DNA from: Raillietiella orientalis
Lineage: Eukaryota
Assembly (NCBI GenBank): GCA_036172245.1
Contig: JAYWIR010000018.1
Location: forward strand, 1,426,001 to 1,490,000
Direction: 5' to 3'
DNA length: 64,000 bases
Shown here: positions 1 through 13,300 of the stretch, piece after piece
Layout of the letters: every line of letters begins with the position of its first letter
Numbering within the stretch: the stretch's first letter is position 1
The notes under the pieces: model-generated
Told to the model about the DNA's origin: nothing
What the model saw: the letters and a program-made list of their open reading frames with translations, nothing else
Databases searched by the model: none
Made by a program: the position numbers and the translations under genes

Positions 1-3000
1 CTCCTTCCCCCGCATCTTCCCTTCTTCCGCGGCTTCTGGGGGCGACGTCCGCGCTTCTCCAGCGCGTCGTCCAGAAGGGGGAGATCCTAGCAGCCAGGCA
101 CCCCAACCACCCCTTCTCACCCGCTACCCGAGCGCCGGCCGCTTTTCCATTCAGCATGCGCGCAGCGTTGGTCTCTCGCCGATCGAATTCTGACCGATTC
201 CTTCAAAGGGCGGAGCCCCTACCATCCGTTCCCGTCCTGGGGTGGGAATAGAGGGTGTGCGCCTTCCTTCGGAAGGGGCGACGGGGTGCGGAACGGGAGT
301 CTGCATTTGGGTGTTCCCTCCCGGAACGTGCGCTTGGAAGTCATTCACGGGGCAGGCACAGCCATCCTTTCCGCGGGAAAGAGGACCGTCTCGCCTTTCT
401 GTCTTCAGTGGGAGATGCTCCGAGGAGCGGGAAGCCACCTCCCCATCTCTCTTTATGGGCGAAATGCGAGCAGGTACACGCACGGCGCATGATCTTCACC
501 ATTGGACCGTTGTCTCGAGATGCTGAGGATCGCTGAACCTTCTAGGATCCCGCTATTGAGATCGCATCGGCCCTGCGCACGTTCCAGTGACCTCACGCCG
601 ACGGCTGACGCGCGCAACCCTGTCGGCGACTACCTCTCGGAGCACACCCGAGCGGGGTGCTCTCGGACCCCAGGGGTCTTTCGCTGTTGCTGCTGATGGT
701 GAGCTGCGAAATGCCGCTTCTGGCGCCACCCCCCCGTGCTCCTCGAAGGTCAGCGAGGCATCTCCCCCGTTCCACCGCGACCCGATGCTCCCGGGAGGCG
801 GGCGAGTCGAGGCTTTCCTTCGGTGGCCGCGCGCCCGCGTGTTTTCGCCAGCATTCTCCAGTCTCCTCCTCTTCGCTGCGATGCCGAGGTATTTGTTTTC
901 GGAGCGCTCTCGGCAGCCTCCGAGCGGCGACGCGCCTCGTAAATCTCGCGGGGCGATCGCGGGAAATTCGGCGCGGACCATTCCATTTCGCGCCGGTTTT
1001 CGTTCCACGCCGGATGAGGAGCAAAACAAGGAGGAAAGTAGGGAAGAGGAAGGGGGGGATGAAGAAAAATCGATTGACGCAGGCTCAGGAGCAAGCGGAG
1101 TCGGAGAGAAGCCCCGTCTCCCTTCCTGATAAAGAAAGGGGGACAGGGGAGGGGGTGCGATTGCTTCAGAGCAATCACGGACGGCGATGACCCCAGCGGG
1201 CCTTGGAAAGTCGGCGCTCCGCAGACGCTACGGTCGAGTGGGGGATGAGCACGGCGGGTGTTCTAGAAATGGCGGAAGGGAGGGGGAGGAGGACGAGCGG
1301 GGAGAAGCCGCCCCCGCAGGCCCTGGAGGGGAAGAGTCAGGAGAAGCCCTTGCCAGGGAAGAGAGCGGCCGCGGTGCCAGTCGGCGTCTCTCGCAGCGTC
1401 TCTCCCTTCGCCGGAAACAGCGGAAGGGAGGAGGGGAGGGGAGAGAGCCTTCAGGTTAACCACCTGCTTCCCCCTGTCCTGACTCCTTCGCCCTGCTTGC
1501 GAGGTTGTGCGAGACCCTTGGCGCCCCTGGAAGGACGCCGATCCTACAGAAACGCGAAGGGAAACACATTTTCTCTGGAATCCACGCAAGGGCGAGTCGG
1601 CCTCTTGTAGGGAGGGGTAGAGGAAGGAAGGATAGTCGCAACTCGCCAGAGCGCATCCGCACCGCACCGCACCGCCCCATCCCCAAGTGTATCTCATTAC
1701 GGAACAATCGTCAGGAGCTGCCTTTCTGGGTAGAAGAGGTGCCATCTCTAATGAACGCCGCCTTCCCGGTGCGCGCACTCCGGACCCAGCCCGAATGCGG
1801 TAGGACAGAGGGAGAACCCCAATTGCCCCTGACCCATGATCCGGTTGCTTCTTCTCGCCCCTGGTGGTTGTCTCCGTGTTGGACAGCCGCGTTCGCGCCA
1901 CAAAGAGGAACCCTCGCGGCTGCTGATGCAGGGGTTCTGCGCGTGAGCCGTAGGTTTTTCCACGTCTCCTTTCTTCGACGAAGAGGGGAAAGCAAACAGC
2001 GAAGACAGAAGAAAAAAAACGAAGAGGGACGCAGGAGGGCGATCGGTGGGGTCGCTCTTCTTTTCGGAGGAGAAGGACTGCCAGAGCGTGGAACCTCCTC
2101 TCCCTCCCTGCCCTCCTCCTCGTCCATCTACTACCCCCCTCCGCCTGTGTGCGTGCAGGTACCCTTTCGAACGACCGCCTCTCCAGTCCAGAAGGAAGGC
2201 GGTAGCCGTCTACTCGTTGCGGCAGCGGTAGGGGCAGTGACCAGTGGAGGAAGGAAGTGAGAGAGGAAGGACCTGGGTCTTCCTTTCGGGGAGGTGGGGT
2301 GAGGCCTCTGCTGCCTCGGAATTCCTCAAAGAGCTCCTTTTCCTGGCCTCTCCCTCGCCCCTTTTCTGGGAGCTCTCCCCCTGCTACTTCCTACTGGAAA
2401 GATCCTGTGGGTCTAAAGGACGTTACGGGAGCGCCGGGTTCCGCGGTCTTCTTGCTCCCTCTCGCCCTACTCCCTTCCTTCCTCTTCGTCGCCTTGCAGC
2501 TTCCCTGCTTGCTTCAAAGCTCCGCGTAGGCAACGGCTTCTTCTGTTGTCTCCCCCCCCTCTTTCCTCGTGATGTCTTCTCGGTAATGCTCTCACGGGGG
2601 AACAGAGGTGGTATCAGCTCCCTGTTGCTGCTGCTACCCAGGAAGACCCCTCTCTCCTTGGAAACAAGCTCTCTTCAGAACGCCAGCACTGTCGCTCCCC
2701 CCTCTTTCCCTGCATGCGAAGAAGGAGATCATCGTCCATCGCCTTCTGGGTCCCATCGCCTGCAGTATCCTTGGGCCCCTCCGGCCAAGCAGGCCCAGAG
2801 CGCCGCTGTCTTCGGGTGTTGCAGGACGCAGAAGGAAAGACTCTCCGCGGCACCTTCCTGAAGCTGCCCGCCCTGCAAGCCGCTTGCCTCCCCAGGAGGT
2901 CGGGTTGTCTCCAAGTGTGCGAGGTCCCTCTCCGTCATTTCCACTGTCAACCCTCCACCTCCCCCCCCCCCTTCCTTCCTGAGGTTTTCCCTGCGTCCCT

Positions 3001-5638
3001 AAGCTGGCGGGTGGCAGGGGCAGTCGACTAGGCTCCATTTCCAGAGAGTGGAGTACGGGACTTTCCTCCCGGCATCTCCCATGTCCCTCTCGTCCAGGAG
3101 TTTCTCCTCCCGAGTTTCTGCTTTGGCGGAGGCATGACTCCTTTTCTCGCCCTCCTGGACTAGGTTTGATTCGGACAACCTGCAGGAACAGGGAGAGAGG
3201 TTGCCATGGCGATGACTCTCTCGCTCGATCCACGCAGACTCCGGCAGCGAGAGCGCCACACGTCGTTCTCCCACAGAGAGTCGCAGTCCCTCTCCCGGCA
3301 GCCGCTGCGGAAAGAAGGGCTGCGATGGCGCCTCCCTTCCACGAGCCCTCAGAGTATGAGGAGGACAGGAGCGGCAAGGCTCCCGGGGAAAGACGTATCT
3401 CCGAAGAAGGGAGAGCGGGATGGTCGCTCCCGATGGCGTGCTTAGCGTCCCCCGCCGAGAGGAGGAATCTGCGAAAGCGCACGCGCTGTTTGGTCCCCCC
3501 CCCCTCCTTCTCCGTGAGCGTTGCCAGGGCAGCCCTATAATGGGAAGGAGGAAAGTGACTTTCATTCCGCCACCCGACGACGTGCAAGGTGGAAGAGGAA
3601 TGGGATCCTCATCGCACCGAATTGGTTCCCCTCCCCTCCCCTCTATTCTTTCTCGGATGAGGAGGGGGGAGTGTAGTACGCTGTCTTTCGCCACAGTGAT
3701 TTTTGAGGGCGACTGGACCTCCAAGACCTCCCGCACCACTCCATGAAGTCCTAGAAACAAAAGACAGAGCGAAGCAAAACACACGCGCGCACACACGCAA
3801 ACACGCGCAGAAAAAGGAAAAAAAAAAAAGAAGAAGACCCAAACGGAAACCCTGGTTGCTAGGCTACTTGGCTTTGCAGGAACGTCCCGTTCGTGTGAGC
3901 GCGATTCCGTCATTACGCATGCAAATGGAACCGCGCCCGTCCACGCTCTAACGAATTCATCGAATCCGAATGGCAAGATGAAAGCACCACGTGACGAGGC
4001 ACGAACACCTGCCAGTCAGCTACGGACGCATACCGAAGGGAAGTTGCCATGGGAAACGCACAGGGGAAGGAAGGCCAAAAAAGGAGAGAGAGAGAGAGAA
4101 TAAGAAAAGGCCGCTTTTTTGTTCTTTTTTATCCCGTTCTCCTCTCTCGTCGGAAGCTCAGCATCCAAGGAACCATTCGTGTTGTCCATCAGCTCGTAGG
4201 CAACTAACGCAGATCGTCCGCGGGCCGTCGCGTTCGCGCCATGCGTTCCGCAGCGGCGAAGGTTTCAGCCCCCTCCTCATCCTTTATCCAGCAGGCGGGC
4301 GCCTCCTCAATGCTTTCAAGGTCCTCCCTTTGGTCCTTTGCTTGATTGTTCCCCTCTTCCGTCTCGTTCGGAACCCGTGCCCCCACCCTTCTCTGATAGA
4401 AGAAGGGTTTCTGCATGTCAGCAAGCTGATGCACCTTGCGGCTGCACCTGACGCGAGCGCGCTGACTCACGGGGCGTGGAGGACACTCCGTTACCCTGGT
4501 AGCCAGGAGAATACTCACGCGAAAATGCGCCCTTCGGGTTCGCGGCGGGGAGGATACCGCCCAAATCTCTTCTTGGGCACGAGCAGAGCCGTGTGGGCAG
4601 GCTCTCTCAGTGGGAGGATCCAGCGATTCCCTTTCTCTGCTCTGCGGGAAGTGTAGCTCCTCCTCCCAGTCCAGGAGAGGGCTTGCTCCTTTCTCGGCTT
4701 GGCGCTGTCCTCGCTGCAGCAAACCCTTCCTTCTCCATCTCAAGAGGAAGGAGTTGGTCCGTGCCCTCAGCAGCGGTATCGGAAGAAACCTTCCGCCTCC
4801 TTGTTCCTGGATCCCATGGGCAGAGAAAGAATTGCATGTGGACTCTCTCGAGAGGACAGCTCTAGGAGAAAGCTCTGGGAGCGGAAGATGGCTCCGAGGA
4901 AATAAGAGGAGAGGAGCCGAGATTCCATCGGGATCCGTATGCTTTACCCCAGAGAAAAGCCTGCTTCCCAGACCGAATCTGGATGTCTCGGGAAGGAGAC
5001 CAGATCGAAGGGGGAAGCATCTAGGAAGGCCAGCTGTGACTTCTCCCCTTCGGGAGCGGTGGAGGAAGGGTAGAGAGCAAGGGTCTCCCTTTGCAGCCAC
5101 TGCGGAAACTCGGCAGCTCTTCCTGTTCCTCCTGTGGATAGGGATGTACCTCAGCGCAAGGGCATGCTTCCGAGAAACCTCTCCTTGCTACCCCTGAGGG
5201 CCTACAAGAGCCATCCAAGGGGATCCTACGGCCTTCCCGCCCGACGGCAGCGCCATCTCGCAAGAGAGAAGCTGCGAACGGACACGCCAAGCCGGAAAGA
5301 AGGGGCTGCGCGGCTGAGGGAGCGCGCTCCGAAGGGAGGACGTTCCCTTGAGCGTAGAGGGGGAGGGGGAAATATAGGGAGAATGCGGTTTTGTATGAGA
5401 ATTCTCTCACGTATCCGACGGGTTCTCCCCGCGCCTTCCAGCTGTTTTGTTCCCTTCTTTCCCACCCCCGGGTTTCGTGCGCTGGAGCTCGATGTGGTGG
5501 GCGTTCGAGGGACCCTCCTTCAAGGTTGGTCGGTCCGAGAGCGTAGGAGGGGGAAGAACTTCCCGAAAGCCACCGGAAGGAGGCCGGAAATCGGGAGTCC
5601 CCTGGACCTTGAACTCAGTGCGCTTCTTCCCCTTCCAG

Positions 5639-5840
5639 GAGCAGCACTACCTGTTTGTCGTGGAAGCCCAGGACTCAGGGGAACCCAATCTGTCTTCAAC
5701 GGTGACGGTGTACCTCAACGTCCTCGACGTCAACGACAACGCCCCCATCTTCGATCCCATGAGCTACAGCGACGAGGTGTCCGAAAACGCCACCGTGGGC
5801 ACCGTTCTGCTTCAGGTCACCGCGACCGACCAGGACTCCG
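5639..5840 (+). CDS. ft: Fat/FAT4-like cadherin, first exon visible in window (gene is 5'-partial)
   Basis: ttccag| acceptor and |gtgaga donor. Encodes EQHYLFVVEAQDSG...VLDVNDNAPIF...ATDQDSG (cadherin DxNDNxP and AxDxD motifs). Phase 1 end matches the next exon. Confidence 0.9.
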
Positions 5841-6266
5841 GTGAGAGAAGGATCCCGCTCTTCCTCCCTTCTCCTGCCAGCCCGTTGCCACAGTTTTCAC
5901 GTCCTGAAAGCGCTCCGGGAGGAGGCGGGAGCAAGGGGGCAACTCCCGGAGCCCCCTCCATTGTGCAGCGGCCGCCGATTGGCTGGCCTTGAGAAAGCAC
6001 GTTCTCGTAGCAGAAGTTCCCCTTCGCGAGTTGCGCAGGAGGTGGTGCTTCTTCCCTGCGAAGAACGGTCTGCCGGCAGAGGCCTGAGGTCGTTGCGGAA
6101 CCCGCCTGCCGTGGGGTGGGGAGGCAGGTTTCGCGCCCCGAGGGCATTCCCACTCCTTTTTCCCTTCAATAGGGCAGGCAGGAGTGAGGAGGTTGGACAG
6201 GACCCTCTTCCCTCTTTTCCATTCTCCCTCCCATCTCAACGCCCTTCCCCGTCTCCCACCTTCCAG

Positions 6267-7394
6267 AAGACAGAGGAGAGCTGGAGTATTGGATAGAATC
6301 CGGGAACGACGACGAGGCGTTCGCCATCTCTGCCACCAACGGCACGGTTCAAGTCAACCGCGCCCTGGACCGGGAGCTGAGGCCGTCGTACGCGCTGGTG
6401 GTCGTGGCCGCGGACAGGAGTCCGAGGAGGCTGTCTTCTTCCGCCCACGTGTCCATAACTGTGCGCGACGTCAACGACGTGACGCCGAGGTTCGTCAGCC
6501 CTCCCGAGGTCGAAGTCACGGAGAACGCTCCCGCCGGGACGATTGTGACGGCAGTGAAAGCGGTCGACGAGGATGAAGGGCGCAACGGTCACGTGGAGTA
6601 CTCCCTGGATCCCGGGTCACCCTTCTCCCTGGGCGTGGTGGACGGCATGCTGCGCCTGACCTCCCCTCTGGACCGCGAACTCCGCTCCAGCTACGCGCTA
6701 CGGATCACCGCGCGCGACAAGGGCAGACCTCCTCTGTCCGCCTCTCTCGACCTGGTGATCCGCGTCCTGGACGAGAACGACAACGACCCCGTCTTCGACT
6801 CGCACCAATACAGCGCCCTGGTCGCCGAGAACGCCAGCGTCGGCGCGGTGGTGACGCGCGTATCGGCCACGGACCTCGACTCCTCCTTCTCCTCCTCCTC
6901 CTCGACGGCTGGGAGCGGGAAATTCCCGGAGATCGGAGACGAGGAGCTCAACTACTCGGTGGTGGCCGGAGACCCCAATCTGGACTTCTCCCTGTCGAAG
7001 AGCACGGGCATCTTGCGCGTGGCGAGCAAGCTAAACCGAGAGAGGACGCCCCGCTACGTCCTGTCGGTGAGGGCAGAGGACTCCGGCGGGAGATTCGACG
7101 TCGCCACGGTCACGGTGATCGTCAACGACGTGAACGACAACGCGCCGGTCTTCGTGGATTCGCCCTACGTCGTCCATGCGCTGGAGAACAACGCGAGGAA
7201 GCTGCCGCTGGCGCTGGTCACGGTCCTCGCCCGCGACGCCGACAGCCCCGCCTACAGCACCCTCAGCTACCGGCTCAGGGACGGCGACAAGAGGTTCTCC
7301 ATCGACGCCTCAACCGGGGAAGTGGCTCTGCTGAGCCAACTGGACAGGGAAGAAGCGGAAACGCACACCCTCGTCGTGGTGGCCATGGACAACG
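6267..7394 (+). CDS. ft: Fat/FAT4-like cadherin exon (cadherin repeats)
   Basis: ttccag|AAGAC acceptor, AACG|gtagga donor. Repeated LDRE, DENDNDP and DVNDNAP motifs. 1128 nt, phase 1 to phase 1. Confidence 0.92.
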
Positions 7395-10300
7395 GTAGGA
7401 ACAGTCTTTTCCGCTTTCCCCGGAATGGGAGCAAAGGAAACCTCCGCCCCCCATTCCCAGTCTCTCTGCAAGAGGGCGGTGGTGCACGTGCCCGGCTGGC
7501 AGCATGGGGGGAGTCGAGGCAGGCGAAGAGCGGCCTCGCTCCCCTTCCACACTCCCTAAAGCCATCCCGGACCTGCTCCCCCCCTCCCTCTTGCATCGAG
7601 AGGGGGGCAGTCTCCTCCTCTCTGCACCCTCCCCTTATCTCCCTGAGAGGGCAGAAAGCATCCTGCAGGCATCCCTTAGGTTGCGGGACGGCGCTCCGAG
7701 GGGACGAGGGCTCCATTCCTTTCGAGCCCCACCTCGCCTGCAGGGCATCCCCGCGTTCCTCTGTGGTTTTTTCCAGCGAATAACTCTTCGTTAATTGAAC
7801 TTGTAAAGAGCTGAGGGATCGAACGGAACTGCTGCCCCACCGGAGCAGGAGGACTCGGGGAGGAGGAGAAACTGCCATCCACTTCCTCTTTCCACACCGC
7901 CCGCCCACCCACCCCCGTCAAAACGGGAGGCAAAAGGGAAGAGTCCTCCTGCTTGGACCAGGAGAACCGCGAAGCAGCTCGCAGTGGCAGTCCCTCCGCA
8001 GTCGCCTGGGATCTCCTACCGGGGTCGGAATGGGACAGCGACGAGGACGAGTCAGATAACTCCCGCCCGCGTCCCGTCAGGACGCCATCGGACCCTTGGT
8101 CCGAAGAAGATTCGTTGATCTGTTTTCTCCCGCCCCCTCTCCCTGCAAGACACGAAAGCTCCGGGTGGTTGCTGTTCCAGCCGGAGGAGAAGGAGGGCGA
8201 GGTTGCTGCGTGGCTCCGGTTCTTTCAGCGTCTTTCGGAAGGACGTTGCCTTCCGTCTCCGCCCCGCCCGCGGCCAAGTTCTCTTCGCGTTCGCGCGCAA
8301 GAGAAGGGGAGGAGTGGTCTTCGAGGTCAGTGGGCAGGCGCGTACCGATGGCGGGAGGGGTACCGGTTCTCCCAGGGGAGGCTACGACTGGATGGCAGGG
8401 AGGTCTCGACGCATGCGCGTGTGCCGAGAAGTCGCCGGGAGGTGGAAAGCAGGGGGGAGGGGGAGGATGGCGGGAGTTGCAGGCAAGCTCGCAAGGCGCA
8501 TCTTCCCGCTGCGGAGAGCGCGCGCCGGCAGCGGCCGACAACTCGCTCCCTGCTCCGGCGAAGGGCGCAGATGGCGAGCGAGATTCCCGAGGGCGACGAT
8601 CCGGTGCAGCGTCCCTCACCCTTGGCGCAGGGGAAAGAGGCCCAGGACTCTCTCGCACGGACAGGGTCGTTCCGATCCACCCGTGGCTACTCCCAGGAAT
8701 CTCTCTGCGCCGGGTTCCCGGCTTCCTCCCCTCTTCCGTCTCCTCTTGTCCTTTCGTTCGAGGTGGAGTGAGGTGGGGTGGGTAGGGGTGCATCTCCATC
8801 CTTGGTGCGTGGTCGTGGTCCCAGCTTCCAATCCGCGCGTGCACTCCCTCCGGGGGAGGAGATATGCGCGATACGCGCGCATCCTCCGGAAGAAGCAGGG
8901 TAAGATGGAACGGAAGGAGGTTTCCCTCCTCCCTTTCCCCGGGTACCCTACCGTGGGGGCAGGGTGGCGCCCCCTCGCGGAGCGCCCCGCGTGCTCTTTC
9001 CACCTTCCTGTTTTCTTTCGTTCGTGGCCGCTTGGCGAGGGAAAGCGCGGTGCTCTTTGCTCCCGCTCCGCGGACGCACCATCCTACGCGTGATGGATGG
9101 CCGCGTCGCGGCTAATCGTCGCGATTTATATCGAGAAGAGGAGCAGGCATAAATCTCGTGGTCCTCCCTTCGAAGGTTTCGCATTAGCATCGCGGAGGAT
9201 TCCCGACTGTCTTCAGCGGAGGTGGTCATAAATTTGTCTCGAGTCGTAGAGACCCATTCGAGAAATGAAGCGGAGGGGGAGGGGGGTGGAGGAGGGAGAA
9301 AAGAAGGAAGGAGGGGAGGAGTTAGGGAGGCAAGAAGGGGGAGGAGGAGGAGCAGAAGCAGAGGAAGAGAAGGAACGCTGACCGGAGAAACAAACAAGAG
9401 ATGACGTCGCCGTTGCCGGGTCAGCGCTTCAGCGTGGCATCCTTTCCGCCGCGCGCGCTCGGGCGATCTGTCCCCTCTGCCTGGCAATCCTCTGAGGCCG
9501 ATGGAGCGTCCGTCCCCTGCGCGGTGGAGACGGCGCGAGAGAGTGGGGGAGGCAGGGAGAGGGGAGCAAAGGCGCACGAGGCGGAATCTCGTGGAGAGGG
9601 CGAAGTCGGCCGCCGCCCGCGGCGGTGGCGACGGAGGAGGAAGGGAAGCCGGCTGAAAGCTGCCCGAAGGACGAGCGCACACGAGAGGGAGAAGAGCAGG
9701 AACGTGGGAGGCTTTCCGGATCTTGAAGACTGGACCTGCCCGCCCGCTCTTCCTGTTTCCGATGCACCGCCTCTTCCGCTTTCTCGGCTCCGGGTCACTC
9801 CGCCCCCGTCACGCCCCCTTGGTAGCAAGGATGCGGGGCTCTGTCCCCCTAATCCTACTCGACTCGTCCGCGGCGCGGAGATTTTCGCGCACGATAAGGG
9901 AAAAATTTGGGGAGTGGGGGAGGGATGCGGAGGCAGCCCTGTTTACCGGATCGAAACTGGACCTCATCCCTTGCTTTAGGGGTTTTTCGTTGCCATTCTT
10001 TTCAGGGGAGGTCATTCTTCGCCCGGATTTCACGCACCTTCAGAACGCCGCGTGCCCCTCTCTTTCCCTGCTGCCTGCTTTTCTTGACGACGCCACCCTA
10101 AGCCTCCCTCATCTGTCCCCTATGGAGGGGGATTTTTCTCCCTCGGTCGATTCCACGAGATTTTTTTTTCAATTCGGGCGCGTTTCCAGGCAACCTGTGG
10201 AACACGAAACCCGGGTCTCCATTTCAGGATGATCCAGCGGGATTCTTCCTGGTACTCAGATTGATCAAGGAACTTGCACGAGGAGAGGGGGCGATCACGA

Positions 10301-13300
10301 TAACAACGGACGGAGAGCGTCATCTCCTTGAGTTTCCTGTGACGCCCGCGTGAGCTTCACTCGATGGAAGAGGCGCCGGAAATTTCCGTTAGAATCGCGG
10401 CTGCAGCTGCCGATGAGCCTGAAGCGCGCGCGCGCAAGCACGCACGCATGAGCGTGCTGAGCGAGTCCCCTACTGCCCCCCTCCCTCCCCCAGGACGCAA
10501 TCCTCCTTCCCTTCGGGAACGTTTCGCGCAGTTCGGTCGACAACGGGACGCAGGGGCGGAGGGCATGAGCGTGTGCGGAACACCCCCCACCCGATTTATT
10601 TCGCCCTGCTCGCGACTGACCTGCCACGGGCTCCTGTGCCCCGAAAAGGGAGGAGGAGGGGGGCAAGAGGTGGGAAGAGGCAAAGTGTCACACCGGACTT
10701 GCTTGGCTGCGCGCGCATTTCGGGCACCAGCGAGCCGCGGATTCTCGCAGTTTGATTGGCACGCGGCGCCACCACTGCGTGCTCCTCAATCCCGTCTCGT
10801 CGGTGCTGCTGGGGAGACCCAGCCGCCGCTCCGTTCTCAAGAGCGGGCCGAGAGACTGACCATTATCCCGGTAGCAGGCGACGTGACACGCTTCACGTGA
10901 GAATCGTTCGGAACAGCGGCCGGCGCACGTTAATCCATCGTGACGCGGTCGTTGCTTCGGATCTGCTTCGCCATCGCTCCCGCGTGGTGGCGAACGCGCG
11001 ATGGCTTCCGCCGGCGAGCCCTCGCTTCTCAGAGACCGCCGCCGCCATGGCGACCGGCGCGGGGTCCACTCGAGCGTCTGCTCTGCGGCCGCTTGCCCAG
11101 TTCCGAGTAGCAGCAGTCGAAGATGTCTAGACGGACGACGGGCAAAGGCGAAAGCCGGGCGCGTGGGGCACCTCCTCCACAAGAGACATCCGACGTCCCG
11201 GCTGCCCCTGGGACAGCGTCGCGGATGCTGCCACTCTCTTCATCCGACGCCGCGGTGTCTCCTGGAGCAACAGCAGCCGGCCGGCCTTCCTCCGTGCCAC
11301 ACAACCCAGGGAATCACATGCTTGGAAGGGTACATCGCAAAGTCTCGCGGTGCGGCACCAACCGCGCAGGCGCTGCGCAAGTGAGTGTCTTCCCTCCTTT
11401 CGTCGAAGGAGCCGCCGCGCCAGCGGTCCGAGCGGCGAGGTTTCCTAAGCACCTTGCGCGCTTTTCCTCGTCGCCTCAGGGTCCTGCGACAGATTGCGCG
11501 CGGGATCATTCGAAAAGTCGTCCCCTATGACGGGTAGGCAGAGGGACCAGCGTCTTTCCGGGAAGCGGTCCGATGATCGCGCTGGAAGGAAGGATGGGGG
11601 GGGGGGTGGCCGAACAGAAAGCGCTGCTGAAGATAGGAGAGAGAGCTGGTCTTCTGTCGTCTGGAGACGACGGCGGCGGTTCCCGCACGTGGTCGTATGA
11701 CCGAAGGAGGCCGCGCCTAAGTCGCGGTGCCCTGATTGGGCGCGGGAATTTCTGAAAGGAGGCAGGGAACTCGCTGCAACTTCGAGAAATTGCCAGAGCG
11801 CTCTCTCGCATCCAGGGTAAAGAGAGGGAGAGAACTTTGGACTCCCCGCGTGAAGTAGGAAAATCTGGAAAGGGGGGGGGGAAGCAGGCGGCGAGTTAGG
11901 GCGAATTTTTCCAGCCTGGGCAGCACGGGAAAAAATCGAACTGTGCCGCGGAGGATGCGTTGCCACACCCGGAAGACGGAAGCACCACGCGTGTGGGAAA
12001 AAAAAGGAACTAGCTCTGGTCGCTTCGGCTCCCCGGGTCGCGAGGGGGTTCCTTTCGGTTGTTTGCCTCTTTTTGCACGGCGGTTGATGGTGACTTGAGA
12101 GCGAGGACGGGGGAAGGTGCTCCCCGTTCTTGCCCCCCCCCCCCCCTTTACTCCCCCAAATGAAGTGTCGCCGGCACAAAAGTTGGGCCCTCGGTGGGGT
12201 GTGGAAGCACCTCCGTTTCCGTCGCCCGCTGCTGGGTTCGCTCTGGAAGAGGCGTGCTCCGTTCTCGAGAGTTCGTAGTTGATGAGGAACGGACGGGCTC
12301 TCTTCCTTCTCGGACCCTTCCCGCGCGTTCGTCTCCCCCCTCCCCGCCCTCTCGAGATTGGACAGCTCGATCAATTCCTGACCGAAGTGCTCTCCTGCGA
12401 TCGCATCCTTCCCCGCTCCAGGAACGTTCGGACGAAGCCTTCGACATCAGCCCGATCCGCTTTGCTCTTTTGGGTACGAGAAGCATCCTTCCTCTCCTCC
12501 TCGTGGTCTCCGCAGCCATCTCCGTCTTTTAAAATTCATGGGCAATCGTTCGCTTGCGCGCGTTTTGTTTTATCTCTTTTCCCGGTTGCTAATAGGGTGG
12601 TTTCAATTCGGTTGTGATCTCTGCTGCTCCGTTTCGGCGTGCGTGGCGAGTTGGTGCGCGCAGCCTCCTCCTCTCAGAAGCGGCCACCCTTTCCCAGGGA
12701 AAGAGTGCTCCCGCCCTTGCCTCCGCAACTTGGCTTTTCGGACGGACAGATCTTTGTGCGCTCCGCATTCCCATGATCCCGGCCCTCCTTCCCTCCCGCT
12801 TCACCTCCCGTCGCTTTCAACGTCGAAATCCAGCTTCCTCTACTCTCCTCCTGCCTTCCCGCTCCCACCAGCTCCATGGAAGTTCAGCTCGGGTCGTGGT
12901 CATCGAGGGGACTCAAAGTCTCCCGTCGATTTTTCTGGTTTCCATTCGGGCACCGCCGAAATCGCGCCGAAGGTCACAGAGCGCGCTTCGCGAGCGCATC
13001 TTGCAGGGGCGCTCGAGGCGGAACTTTCACCTTTGCCGGGCTCTCGCGAGAAGATGCGCGCCGCTTCCCCTGCCACAGTTCGCCTCCTGGGGACCCTGTT
13101 TAAAGCTCACCCGTTTTTCTTTCCTTTCCTTTTCCTTTTTGGCACACTTCCGCGGTCGCATTCGTCTTCCCCCCTTTCCTCGTGCTCGCCACGTCTCCGT
13201 GGGCCTGTTGTTGTTCTGGGGTCGTTTCAAGAGAACAGGCCGCCTGTCCCCCCACCAATCCCAGCGGCAAATCGTCGTCCGAGTGCATTCGAGGAACGCA

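Noticed and set aside
1..5638. Many overlapping 100-325 aa ORFs on both strands
   Set aside because: GC-rich, low-complexity R/P/S/G translations with no recognisable domain. The region is best explained as a fat intron.
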